This document shows, in pieces, positions 37,562 through 49,785 of a stretch of 64,000 bases of DNA (position 1 is the first letter of the stretch; every line of letters begins with the position of its first letter). Both the position numbers and the translations under genes were made by a program. The DNA is taken from NCBI RefSeq assembly GCF_964204645.1, contig NC_134030.1, positions 13,118,857-13,182,856 on the forward strand. Direction: 5' to 3'. The notes below the pieces were generated by a model. The model saw nothing but the letters and a program-made list of their open reading frames with translations, made no database searches and had not been told where the DNA came from. Source of the stretch: Tubulanus polymorphus (lineage: Eukaryota; Animalia; Nemertea).

Positions 37562-37971
37562 AGTAATAGGGGTTTAGTTGTTCTAGGTTAAAGGTTGAAT
37601 GGTCGAGTTCATTAAAAAACAAATATTAAAAGTAATTTAAAACTATAATATATTTTCATAGCCGTGTGTATTTTAGTTAAATAATAGAATTATTAATTAT
37701 TATTTGAATATATTTGATTATATGAATTTGTGTATTGTAAATAAATCAATTGGTCGCAGAGCGGAGCTTTAGCGAAGCGGAGCGACCAATTGATTTAATA
37801 CAATATGCTTTTAAAATTTAAATTATTAATATCTTAGAATAAAATTTAGTTATAATATGAAATGCACACGGCTATGAAAATATATTATAGTGTTAAATTA
37901 CTTTTAATATTTGTTTTTTAATGAGCTCGACCGTTCGACCTTTGGCCTAGAACAACTAAACCCCTATTACT
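37562..37971. repeat. Right terminal fold-back palindrome (410 bp)
   Basis: AGTAATAGGGGTTTAGTTGTTCTAGG... / ...CCTAGAACAACTAAACCCCTATTACT; apex AAATCAATTGGTCGC...GCGACCAATTGATTT. Confidence 0.95.
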
Positions 37972-39665
37972 ATTTCCATTTCGAAATCAAGACGGGGTAC
38001 CAGTTCAATAGAATGAGCATGATGACTTTCTCAGCATGCCCTACCGAATCAGGTGAACCTTGTCCAAGAAAAACTGTGAAAATTTTTCTGCTAATGCATA
38101 AGCATCTGAATGTTCAGGTAATATCGACGACTTTCCACTGAAAAGAATCTGGTTGTATATCTGTTGAAGACGTTTTTGGTCGCCAGCTGCATTGTTAATT
38201 TCGTTATCATAGTAAGAAGATTTAGCCGTTTTAAGCTTCGCATCGTAGTGCCTACAGGCGGCTAGAAACAATTCTTTGTGAACTGTGAGTCTAGTACTCT
38301 TCCATTTACGCTCCACCTTACGTTTCGCACATTTTGCATCATGGACTTCGTCCGTGAACCACGGTCGAGACGGGCGTAAATATACACGCTTGATTTTAAC
38401 CGGGGCATGTTGATCGAGAGCAGCGCCTAACTCCTGATTAAAATATGTGAGACAATCAGTGACGTCGGTGAATTGCGAAATACCATCATTTATCACTGAT
38501 AGGCGTGCTTTGAAAGAATCAGTGTCAATTTCCTGTAGCTTCCTTGTATGTCGAGTGGCCTGAGTTGATTTCAGCCTAGGCTGCCGTAGACCACAGACCA
38601 CGAGGTTGTGATCGGATACCAATTCACCGACACTCAACGACCGAAGAAAATTGGCTTCTCGTTATAACCACGTCCAGAATATGACCAGCGCAATGTGTCG
38701 GTTTAGACAAATGCTGAGAGAGTGCAAAAGTATCCAGAATGTCCGAGAACGGCTTTGAATCAGGCAATGCAGGTTTGTCCAAATGAAAGTTTATATCGCC
38801 AACTATAACTATGTCGTCGGTGGTACTCAACAGAGACTGCAGGAGTTCAGTCAACTCAACAAAGAATTTAGCAACGGTCAGTTTATTAGCATGAGAAGGT
38901 AGTGGTCGATAAATCACGATACATCTAAGCCAATTTTCGGTCAGGCAAATCTGGAGCTGCATCCCTTCAAAGGTTGTGAATGAGTCCGATTTAAGCATTT
39001 TGACTGAACTGGGTGTGCCTTCGATGAGAACACCAACACCACCATAGCCTTTGTTCCCAGCACGCGGTAGATGGTGAAACTTAAATCCATCTCTGTTAAG
39101 GGCTTTAAAGAAATATTCATCCTTAGCAGAATTTGATAACCACGTTTCAGTCAGGCAGAGAATGTCAAGGTTATTTTCAATTACGCTATCCTAGATGTTG
39201 TCAATTTTATTTCTGACTGACCTACAGTTTAGTAGCCCTAAGGTCAACTTTCGTTTTCCGCCACGGTGGTTTCGCCTGGTTGATGGTCGTTTATATCTGC
39301 TTAATGCTCTAAGATTGTCCCTGAGTGCACTGTCAATGACTGATTTGACATTGATGAGCGACTTGACAGTTGTATAGTCCATTTCAATACCAGCTTGACT
39401 TGGTCGATTCATAACCGTGCATGGATGATCGTCTATCTCTATGTAAAGTAGTACACACAGAATAAACTTTAGTAGTTTCCAGAATTTAAATCCAGTCAAA
39501 AACATCATATCCGTTTTAGTCAAGCAATGCTAATTGTCACCAAGATAAACTCCACTGATAGTTACGTATTCATACAATATTCCAGCAGTCCCTTAGATAT
39601 ATTACTGGAGGAAAACTTGCGTTTAGATAGAGCAGACTGGAGCAGCAAACTAAGCGCTCACTAGC
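37972..39665 (-). pseudogene. L2/CR1-clade LINE 5' part: APE endonuclease and linker (5' piece of the split LINE)
   Basis: LLNCRSVRNK, LTETW, VIYRP, VGDINFH, PTHCAGHILDVVIT, SDHNLV, PWFT, FSQFFLDKV. Confidence 0.9.
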
Positions 39666-42600
39666 GACCTCTATCATTATAGACAACTTAAGGCTGATGG
39701 GCACCTCTTCATTTCATAAGTCCCCGAGAAAATACCATTCGAATTTCATCACTATTATTTTCCAACGTACATAGGTGTTGTAAGAATTCTAAGGTTTAAT
39801 GAACTTTTTATTTGTAATACTTTTGAATTCGAACTGGAATTTTTCGAACCGTTAACCCTTTTTGTGGTATATTCCACTGTACGATGCGACTATTGGAAAT
39901 AATCAACTTCTAATCTGAAATATCAAATTCAAGAATTGAAGCTATTTGTACTGTCCAATGAACTCTTCTTAACTTGTGATATATTTGAGCTGTGCGATAG
40001 CTTTTATTATTAATTTAGTAATGATGGACTATCAATTTGTAAATTTTTTTCGAATTCAAATTTTTGTACGATAATTTGTACGCTCATGATATTCTCATGC
40101 TATTATTTTGTTATACCGTACACTAAAAATTAATGAATTCAAAACATCAATAAATGAATAAGTTTAGCATATAAATAAATGAATAAATATAATACATCAA
40201 TGTGAATAAACTGACCTTAAGATTGTATGCTCTTGCACTCCAAGTCAAAGTTGGAGTCTGCACGATAGTCCGACATCTCATTTGTCCCACAATTCTGTCC
40301 CTGTTCCATTGATTCCGCGTCTCATTATTTCCTTGTGTTATTGGTCCCACAATTTATTCTACGTTCAATTGGTCCCATATGTCACCAGTCCTACATCTTC
40401 ATATATACATGTAAATTCAACGCCTCATCGACCCCATGTTTCATTAGTTTTTTTAGAATATACACAGTTATTAACCATCGAGGGTATTATACAAGCAGGT
40501 AGGGAAACTGATTATTTACCAGCCAATTTGAAAAGGAAGCTGAGCTGAAATACAGTGCCGCTTGAAAAAACTGCCGATGTAAAAATATACAATTCCGTCA
40601 AGTATTTGACGGAGAAGCCAGGCTATCAGAGGTTGGGGCAAATGTTAGTTTCGTTGCTATCGAATTAGATGGAAAAATCTACGCGCTATGTCGTGCGATA
40701 TAGAACAGTATCCTGGAGCCAGTTACTGGCTTTTATCGCTCAACTGAGTGGTTACAACGTAATATCCGATGGTTCACCATTCCATCATCGAGCCCGAGAT
40801 GTTATGGCAATTGTTTTCCCAACTGATGCAAAAATTAAAAATACTAATCAGCGCACATGGATGCGAGGTCACTTTTATGGATTATGAATTCTACATGGAA
40901 TTGTAATTTTCCATGATTGACCCTCATTTTAAAGTAAATTCAAATGCGGTTCTAATGAGGGGATACCTATCAAACTAATATCTGTTATGAAGCTAGTAGC
41001 AAGAGCTACCAGAAAAGGTTTGATATACAATGTTATTCATTCGGGTAACCAGTGACCTAAATCTTGAGGTCAAATTTAGGTCAAGTATTTATTTACACGA
41101 CCTAGTTCACTAAAGATTAACATTGCTAGCACTTTGTATGAGTAGTAGAGCTTTTAAACGACTGTAAGACATCCATCAAGCATACTAATATCGTTTGAGC
41201 AGCCAGATATGATTGTCGCCATCTAGTGGAAGTAGGTAAGTACGTCACGTGTCTCCTGGTAGGTAACTCTGCCAAGGTCTATTAGATTACATCGTCACTC
41301 CCCAAGTGACTGCCACTGAAATGGTTTAAGAACATACTAGCACAGCTTTACCAGTTGTTCAGTGTTCATAATAATCTCCAGCTATGTGTGCAGGCTTTGT
41401 ACTGATGACCAGAAAAACAGACGAAATATACAGCGCAGTTTTCGAAAAGATACGACATATAGCGGCCACATTCAACCCATCGCGCTTGATGGCTTAATTT
41501 CGACGAGACACCAGCTATGGCCTTCGTATTGTTTATCCAGGAAGAAAGACACTAAATATTTGGATGGATATATGAAAGCTGTGGGTACTGGAGTGTGTAA
41601 TGGGTAGTGTAGTGTGATCTGTGTGCATTTGTGGCCAGCACACAGATCACATTGTTCATTGGGGTTTGGTCCAGGACTCGCTAGACTGGTTGTCGGTCTC
41701 TACCTTCAGTTAGAATTCTGACTGCGAATGCAGGTGGCGCAGAATTGGACAGTAGACTGGTTACCGGTCTCTATCTTCAATTAGAGACCGGTTGTGGTCA
41801 TCCTCCATTTTACATTTTCGATGCATGTCAAATAAGGTCAAACATGTAAAGTAGCAAGTTACTTCCTGGTTAAGATGGCGTCTCTTCGAATTTGCTTAGC
41901 TTCGAGTGATATCAAAATTGCCCTTTAATTGACGGAAAGACATTAATTGCGATAAGTATCAGATAAATCCGCTGATAATGTACCTGGTACTCGGAATACA
42001 AACTAACAAGGATCGAAATCTAATGCGAGGTGAGCTTCGCCGCGACCGTCACTGAATACAGAACATTCTGAAGGAACAGGGGACATCCTTTCTGAGATGT
42101 ATTTAGTGAATTGATGTTTTAATACAGTTGACTATATTTAGTATCTGAATAAAGTTTACAATTGTTGAACTCCTTAGCGCTTTGTGAGATCAGATATTTG
42201 GATCCACCTCAGCCTACTGATTTCCTGATACAGACAGCAAGTTGGGACAGTCAAATTAAGAGACTTGGTCAAGATAAGTAACTCAAATCACACTGGAAAT
42301 TCGCAATATCCTCTCTCCTAATGGACCACACAATGTCAATGTTGACTTTGCTAGAAATAAAACTTATTATAAAACTTATCACGACCAATTCTTTTTCACT
42401 GTATTCAATATTTATTGTTCACTTCTGGTAGAAAATCTTGTTCAGCCCCTGACAAGAGAATAAGCAATTGACAAGAGAATAAGCATCGACACTACGTATT
42501 TCATGACATAGAACAGTAGTTTTTATTTCATCAACGAATTGGGACGATCCTGATATCCCTGATTTGAATGATAGTGTCTTAAAAATCACAAAGACCATTT

Positions 42601-42675
42601 CTCGACCAGACAGATAATCCAATCGCAATTCAAATTGAAGGCTCGCTAGTGCAGTTATTCACAGAATCCAGCTCT

Positions 42676-42680
42676 GATGA

Positions 42681-42712
<32 letters not shown>

Positions 42713-42753
42713 ATGGTGATGATGATGGTGATGGTGATGATGATGATGATGAT
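42676..42753. repeat. (GAT/GGT)n microsatellite
   Basis: Direct reading. Confidence 0.9.
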
Positions 42754-45507
42754 CGCTCACAATAATCTACAATAGATAATCAATATAGTGTTTGTGAAAT
42801 AGAATATTCAATTTTTACATTTTTACGAAGTAAGCAAGTAGGTGAAGTTACCTTGTTGATGTCATTATTTTCACTGGATCAACTGCTGATGTCCAATGTC
42901 ACATTAAGAACAATTAATCAATCGCCTCGAGTGAACAAACAAGTAGCCTCTGCTGCAAGGTTCAGTATGTCAGTAGTGGTATAGTAGTATTGTATGTATT
43001 GTTGTTTCCATCCACCAGTCCAAATTGCTGATTGACGACCGGTAGGTTTCGACTGCGCTGTCATGCAGCCATCCTGAATTGAATACCGATATTTCCGGTA
43101 CCACACGCTAAACAAGTGCCCGCAGAAGCGTTACCTTGCAGATTTAACGGAATTTCGTTCTTCGTCGGTATAAAAAATGACTTCCATGAGAGGTCCATGG
43201 AACGTAAATCGAGACACAGTGTAGGCGGCCGTGTTACATTGTTCACGTGATGAAATACTGAAATCTGATTGGATCCGTAAAATCCGCAGAAGATGGCGGA
43301 CGGGAAAAACCTGTCCCATATGGAATGGGACAGGCAACCAGTCTAAATTGGACAGGCGACCAGTCTAGATTTTCAACAACACGGAAGTAACGTGTAATAA
43401 TGATGACTTGAATTGCATGACTACCTACCAACCCCCATTATTGTTGGAAAACTAAACGTTCCGCACTGACTAAAAATTAGTAATAACATTTTAGAAATGG
43501 CCAGAATTTTAACTTAGGTTCTATCTCATTTTTATTTTACAATTGCGATTGGTATAATTTTTTTAAACGGCCGTTAAGGCTTCATGTTTCGTCTGCAATT
43601 CACTGCAAATAGTTAAGCAACTACGCACATTTCAGTGTTTTTGGCAGCTGTACACTCAATTGGCACCGTTCGTGACTAGCTTCACTGCGGAATTATCATT
43701 AATCAACATCGCCATATCACATCATCAACTTATATTGTGCCTTAAAACCCTAACAGCCGAAATAATTGAAATGCACACACGATTTCTAGCATTGAAAATT
43801 GAGAGAGTGGCAATGTTTGTGTTCTGCTGCTTCGCTTAAATCCCGCGCGGTGGCGCAACCGCGCGGATTGGGGCCGATACGTCTAGACGTAAAGTATCTT
43901 TTATCGCGATAATTCCAGTTCAGAACGTACTCTCGTGATGAAAACCACGTGTATCCCCCTGCTACCAGCTAAGAATATCGAGGGGGGACGAGGAGGGAAT
44001 CTAATCTGCGCCTCTTTCGCTATGTGCTCGAATGGGAAAATTGGGCCAGAATGAACACCTGTGCATGGTTATCCGGACAGAACCAGTAATGATGTTGAAA
44101 TTTTTCCATGCTCAGCTGAAATCACGCTTTGGGGTTCTTTTTCAAAGATCTCGTAAAACTAGCCGAAGATGTTGTCAACGAAACAAGTCGACTTCGATGG
44201 GGTCTCAAAATACGCTGGAGAAAAAAAGCTCAAAGTAGTCGCTATAACTACACTGCCTGTCCGGCGGGCGAGCGAGCATGCGCAGAGCAAACTCTTCTCG
44301 TAGGTAATTGACGGTAATTGAATAAAATTTATTTGAAATCATTTCTAAACTATTGCTATATTTAATCTTTTTATGAAATTTTAACACTGCATATAGGCCT
44401 TGTAATAAATAGCAGGTTATCTGTCAACAACAACAAGAAGTTTGAGTTGTATCAATATTGATGAAAGATCTGAGCACTTTTACTTTGGAACTTTGCAAGT
44501 GCAAATTTAAAGGTTCAGTGAGATCTATTGTAGTAATACTTTCCGATATGAATAATTGTAGCCTTATCGAGCTTACGTAATGTTAATGACGAACCGGTGC
44601 CGTGGATCACTTTTTAAAGAACGTAATTCACAGTCATCTTAAATCGACTATATAAATCGGTAGTAGAGTATCTTATTGAAAATCGTTTCAAAACTATTGC
44701 TACATTTAATCTTTTTAAGAAAAGTTTAAGATGGGATTTTAATTGTTTAACATAATGACCAATGCAAATTTTCAGTGATAATCCATGTAATGTAATGAGA
44801 TTATTCACGGATTAATTAGTTAACAATGACTGAAGAGCTATGACAGTGAATGTGTTTTTCTGAGTGCAGTTGGGGCTATTAATCTATCAACATTGACTTC
44901 TGAGTCCACAGATAATTGTGTATCAGACGTGTACCTTTGGTAGGAACTCCTAAATACATTTGTTTGGCCTTGCCCATGTCATTCATTCTTATTAAATGAG
45001 TTCTTGGCTGTTTTTGGAATATTGGCAAAGAAAATTGGGAGTAATTAAATATGCATAAAATTGTACGCGAATGATGGTCGAAATACATGAAGGGATGGAT
45101 GATAATGGTATTCATTTTGTATTCTATTTACACAAGTATTCGGCATTTTCGATCTTTTCAAGGCCTTAGGTAAAAAGATTACGTTTTGTACTCGGTACTC
45201 TTTAGTTTCAGGTGAAGCACCGTTACAAAAAATGAAGTATAGATTCGGACATTTGCATATTTCTAATGTACGTAATGTACGTAGACGTGCCGTGCATCTA
45301 GATGGTCGTTTTAGCATTTACTAAAGGTCTATCTATCACTTGAGCATATATATTTGGTGTATCTAGAAAAGTGAATAGAATTATATTTGAAATTACAAAA
45401 ACGGTTTCGTTTTTTATGCCTCCGGCTCAACTTAAGTTGAGAGGGGGTATATAGATTTACGCGCAACCTAAATACGCCGCCACCGCTTCCGCAAATGATG
45501 TTCACAG

Positions 45508-45749
45508 CCTAGGCAAACTTTGGTTACCGGAGTTAGTCGACTTAAGTCGAACTTAACGAAACCGAATGTCCGTTAGTCGGCACTATGGTCCGGAAATGAT
45601 CGACCGCACAATTGAGCACGGTCGCTATAGTTCGGACCTTGGTTCAAGATGGCCGACACTGGGAAATACGTTACGACCGAACTATAGTGTGTTTGGTTAT
45701 TAGTTCAGACCACTAGTCGACTAGCTACGAAAACCGAAGTTGGCCCTAG
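45508..45749. mobile_element. MITE with imperfect TIRs
   Basis: CTAGGCAAACTTTGGTT...TTAGTCGACT vs AGTCGACTAGCTACGAAAACCGAAGTTGGCCCTAG. Confidence 0.55.
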
Positions 45750-45929
45750 ATGCCGCAATTGTTGACCGATTATTTTCAAACCCGGTACACAAGTAGGGCA
45801 TCATTTGGAGCAGATCCCTATTCTAATGGTTCGATTCGATTCAAATCATGGCCACCAGGGGCCGACATGGAAAACGAAGCTAGCGGCCTAGATAATTTGA
45901 GAGTATGGCATATCAACAACATTAATTGC

Positions 45930-47310
45930 ATAATAAATGTCGTAATTAGATGGAAGCTCGGGATGTACAGGTTTCCACGGTAAACGTGCTATATAGCGGC
46001 CATCGAAAAATGTAATAGAATTTTGGCAATATGATTGAAACATTAGATCAGACTCGGTATCCGAAATACTTAACGTATCAAGCTTCCAATAAGTATCTAA
46101 CTCTATTTCGTCTTCTTTATGAGGAGTCACGATGCTCATGATCATAGCTTGGTTTACAAATTCTGACTTACTTACTGGACCCGAAATTACATATCCTAGT
46201 TTCGATCTTACCGCCGTTGGACCCTCTCCTCTTCGAATTTCATCTTCAATAAAAGACCAATATAAATCTACACCTATAAGTAGTGTTACATTAAATAAAT
46301 CACAATCAGACCTATTGTTAGCTAACTTAAGCCCTTTCAAAAACGGATATACACCGAGTACTGCACACGATTGGCTAGCGATGTTGCTATTGTAGGACAA
46401 ACTAAAGTACTAATCCGTATGCGTTTTTTATCCAGAGTTACAACGTCAAATTCCACCACGTCCATTTACCTAGTTATGGATTTATCTCCTCAAAATCTAG
46501 TTACACATATAATCTCTGACCGATGCAAACCTAAGTTATCAACAACGAGTGCTTGCGAAACAAATGATCGTGTCGCCCCTTCATCGATGATTATATTTGC
46601 TTCACCAATAAATTCATTTGTAGGGGAAGCGACTGTAGCAACTGCAGTCTTAAAAAGAACTGCACAATCTGCCGATGTAAAATACTGTTTTACTTCTGTG
46701 TTTACTTCAGATACGGAATAACATTGCGAAATATCTGAATGTTTGAAATTTGTGGCATTTCAACCAGATCCAATTTCACAAGTCTCAAAACTTAGAGTGT
46801 TGGTGCTATCGTCTTTATTTCCCGCACTGAATTTACTTCGATTGATAAAAGGTCATTTATTTAGAAATGACGGAAATGCAATATTCCAGATTGAAACAAA
46901 ATTTTGCAAAAATGTTGGCCTAAAAAGTGCCAAATAATAAAACATAGTCACATACATGTTTACCGCCGTGATAATCTCGGAAAGCAGTTAACACATCGAT
47001 TTCCAAAAGGAGATGGGACATAATGGTGGGTTTTAATAACACATATGCGTCTAGGAAACTCAAACGGACTGAATCGCCACGAGGTTAGTCATTGGGTGGC
47101 GCTCAACAAGTGATGAGATCACGTGATAGATAAACTACACTGGCTCTCATAAAACATTTTATATCCTAACGTAAATAAAATTCCTTTACGATCAAATTGA
47201 ACACGCTGGTTGGACTTGCCAGGACAAATACTTGTATGATGCTTTTTATCGCATAATTTACATCTGAAACGAGAACGACACTGACTCACTAACCAAAGCA
47301 AATGAAACAT
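45930..47310 (-). pseudogene. Second BEL/Pao fragment (gag knuckle, aspartic protease region), interrupted
   Basis: CKLCDKKHHTSIC; KTAVATV..IIDEGATRSF; LLIGVDLYW, GPTAVRSKLGYVISGP, GRYIARLPWK. Confidence 0.85.
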
Positions 47311-48979
47311 TGGCCAGAATGTTTAAAGGGTAACTGACACCTTATTTTTTATTTCAAAAAATGATGTATTCTATTGATCTATACACTCATCTTCAACCGT
47401 TCTGTTCAAAAATGTTTATGCACAATTTGTGATTTTGTAACATGATTTTTGACCTCTTTTCGTTTTTTACATCGCTAACTGTTCAGCGTCGGCTAATTCA
47501 GCAGGTGTGCGCTGCAACGTCATTATAGGGACAGCTGAGAAATAACGTCTAAAGAAATGCGTTGAATTTTGAGGAAACTGCGTGTATTTTCTGTTATATC
47601 TCAATGCCAGACTGTTTTACAGCTTTGAAACTGGCCAAGGAGGTAGAAGGGTCTATTGCCCACTGCATAAACCTATTTCAAAGAATCAATGAGTAATTTG
47701 AATTGACTAAATCGATCAAATTGAAGATGCAGATTTCAATCCGCTGAGAATCGTTAATTACTCGTTAGTTTTTGGCGAACCTATGGTTCGCTACTTATGC
47801 CAACGGTCTAGTTGGCCTTGTGCCAATATTGCTAGAAAGTGATGTTAACAAGCCACATTTTGAAACGGTGATAGACCCGGTCGTATTTCTTGTTGCAGAT
47901 GATTCAAATAGCCTAACACTCGCTATTGTGCGAATTTCGTTGCGATGTGATTGATCTAAGCTGTAAAATTTTAGATAATTAGAAAATTTCCTTAGCTTTG
48001 ATATAGTTCCTTAGCTTTAATGACATGACCTGGAATGACCTAAGTCATGAATAATCATAAGCAGATGCGCATTCACTTAACACTGCGTAGAATGACAGGT
48101 GGATCCTCGCTAAAATAGATCCATTTTGTAGACCTGATTTAGCGATATGAACGGTGGGTTTGAATTGCTTTGTCTTCTTATCTGTCACTACAATGCGTGT
48201 TTGTGCATGAAAACAGTTTCTTCAATGATTTTGATAGAACATTGCACAGGCGTTTAAAACATTTCTTGAGGGTGGCCAGGCTGAAATTTCGAGATGATAC
48301 GAACGAACTTAATATTTAGCGTAATTTAGCAACTCGCGATATTTGGTCATTAATTAGTTTGCTAGGGCAATGGAATACAGAAGCATCAGTAAAACATATA
48401 TTTTCTCTTTTTTTACCTTCAGGGCCTCTTGTTTAGGTAATGATCTGGCGGGTAGCAGTCATTAAACTTATAACAAAAATTACGACGTTCACGGGAAACC
48501 ATAACCTAGATACATGTACGACGGAACATCTGAACTATTCAAGATTCAAGTTATTGTAAAAAAATTAGCTTGTTATTTTGCAAAAAAATAAAACATTTTA
48601 TTTTATATGAAGTGTTACCTCTCCATCTCACAGTTCTTTGTCAACTAAGCTTTGATTATTACCCCCCCTCCCCTCCACCCCAATTTCAAATGCAAAGTTC
48701 AATGTTACCCAGGATTGACTGGTAAGATTAACAATGCCAGACTTAATCTCTCGATGAAATCTTCCTGACCAATTACTTATTGGGACCAGGTCAGCAGCCA
48801 CTTCTTTGAAAGCATATTTCGCTTTCTTCCTTTTACTTCTCAGATTATCATGTCGGTGAGCTTCTGGGCTATTGGTCCTTTATTATATTCTGTCAATTGT
48901 CCATTTATTTTACATGTTTTTTTTATTCGAAATCAATGATATTCATATAAATAATGTTCATTTTTATGAAATTATTAGG

Positions 48980-49080
48980 AGTAATTGGGAAAGTGTTGTT
49001 TCAGATCAAATAAAAGGTTGAAAGGGAGAGTGGGCTCGACCTTTCGACCTTTGATATGAAACAACACTTATCCAATTACT
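48980..49080. mobile_element. Free-standing mini palindrome homologous to the Maverick terminal caps
   Basis: AGTAATTGGGAAAGTGTTGTTTCA...CTCGACCTTTCGACCTTTGATATGAAACAACACTTATCCAATTACT; shares CCTTTGATATGAAACAAC with 11028-11045. Confidence 0.85.
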
Positions 49081-49191
49081 GACCGTGAATAACAAATAGT
49101 ATTGAATTCGGAAATATACTGTTCACTGGACAGCTCAGTTACATTCGTAATAACAACAGAGTTGACAGAGTTGAGCCACTCCATAGGACAT

Positions 49192-49357
49192 TGATTTCAG
49201 GATTAGTTTCTTTTTCATTTTAAAGTATAAAACAGCTGGTAGAATTCTATGATTTCTCAAACTCTTTTACATTCAGCGTATCTAATTTTACAGCTATCAT
49301 ATAATTCTAACAGCTGTTTTATACTATGAAATGAAAAAGAAACTAATCCTGAAATCA
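49192..49357. repeat. ~165-bp fold-back palindrome
   Basis: TGATTTCAGGATTAGTTTCTTTTTCATTT... / ...AAATGAAAAAGAAACTAATCCTGAAATCA. Confidence 0.9.
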
Positions 49358-49785
49358 GAATAATTGATTTAATGCGCTCTTGATTTTTATATATTAGATG
49401 TAATAAGTTAAAAATATTTTTACTCATTTTCATAGTTAAAATATATAAAATGAATTAAATTAAGAGATGCTGTTTTAATCCTCTAAATCATTTTCTAAAT
49501 TAACTTTTTTATTAAATCTCAAGTGAAATGACAGGAAGCCGCGAGCGTTTGTCAGAGATGACGTCAGAAACACGCACCTGCTAACATAGACAATAACAGT
49601 GAGCACGTGCTGAAATTGCCGATTTAAAAGTGATATTTCTCAGTAATGGCTGAACTAAAATTCAAACCAGTTCCATATTTGATATTTGTGAATGAATCAC
49701 ATTTGAAAATGAATTTTACACAATATTCGTTTTTGATGGCATTTGCCCTTTAAAACTTAATGATACTGTACTATCAACACGCTCA

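Larger units (their letters stand above)
10909..37971 (-). mobile_element. Maverick/Polinton-like endogenous virus, both ends present, genes decayed, with nested insertions
   Basis: Termini 5'-AGTAATAGGG...CCCTATTACT-3'; inner TIR 11061-11183 vs 37439-37561 nearly identical; pPolB, rve integrase, packaging ATPase and capsid-like genes; visibly more AT-rich than the flanks. Confidence 0.95.
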
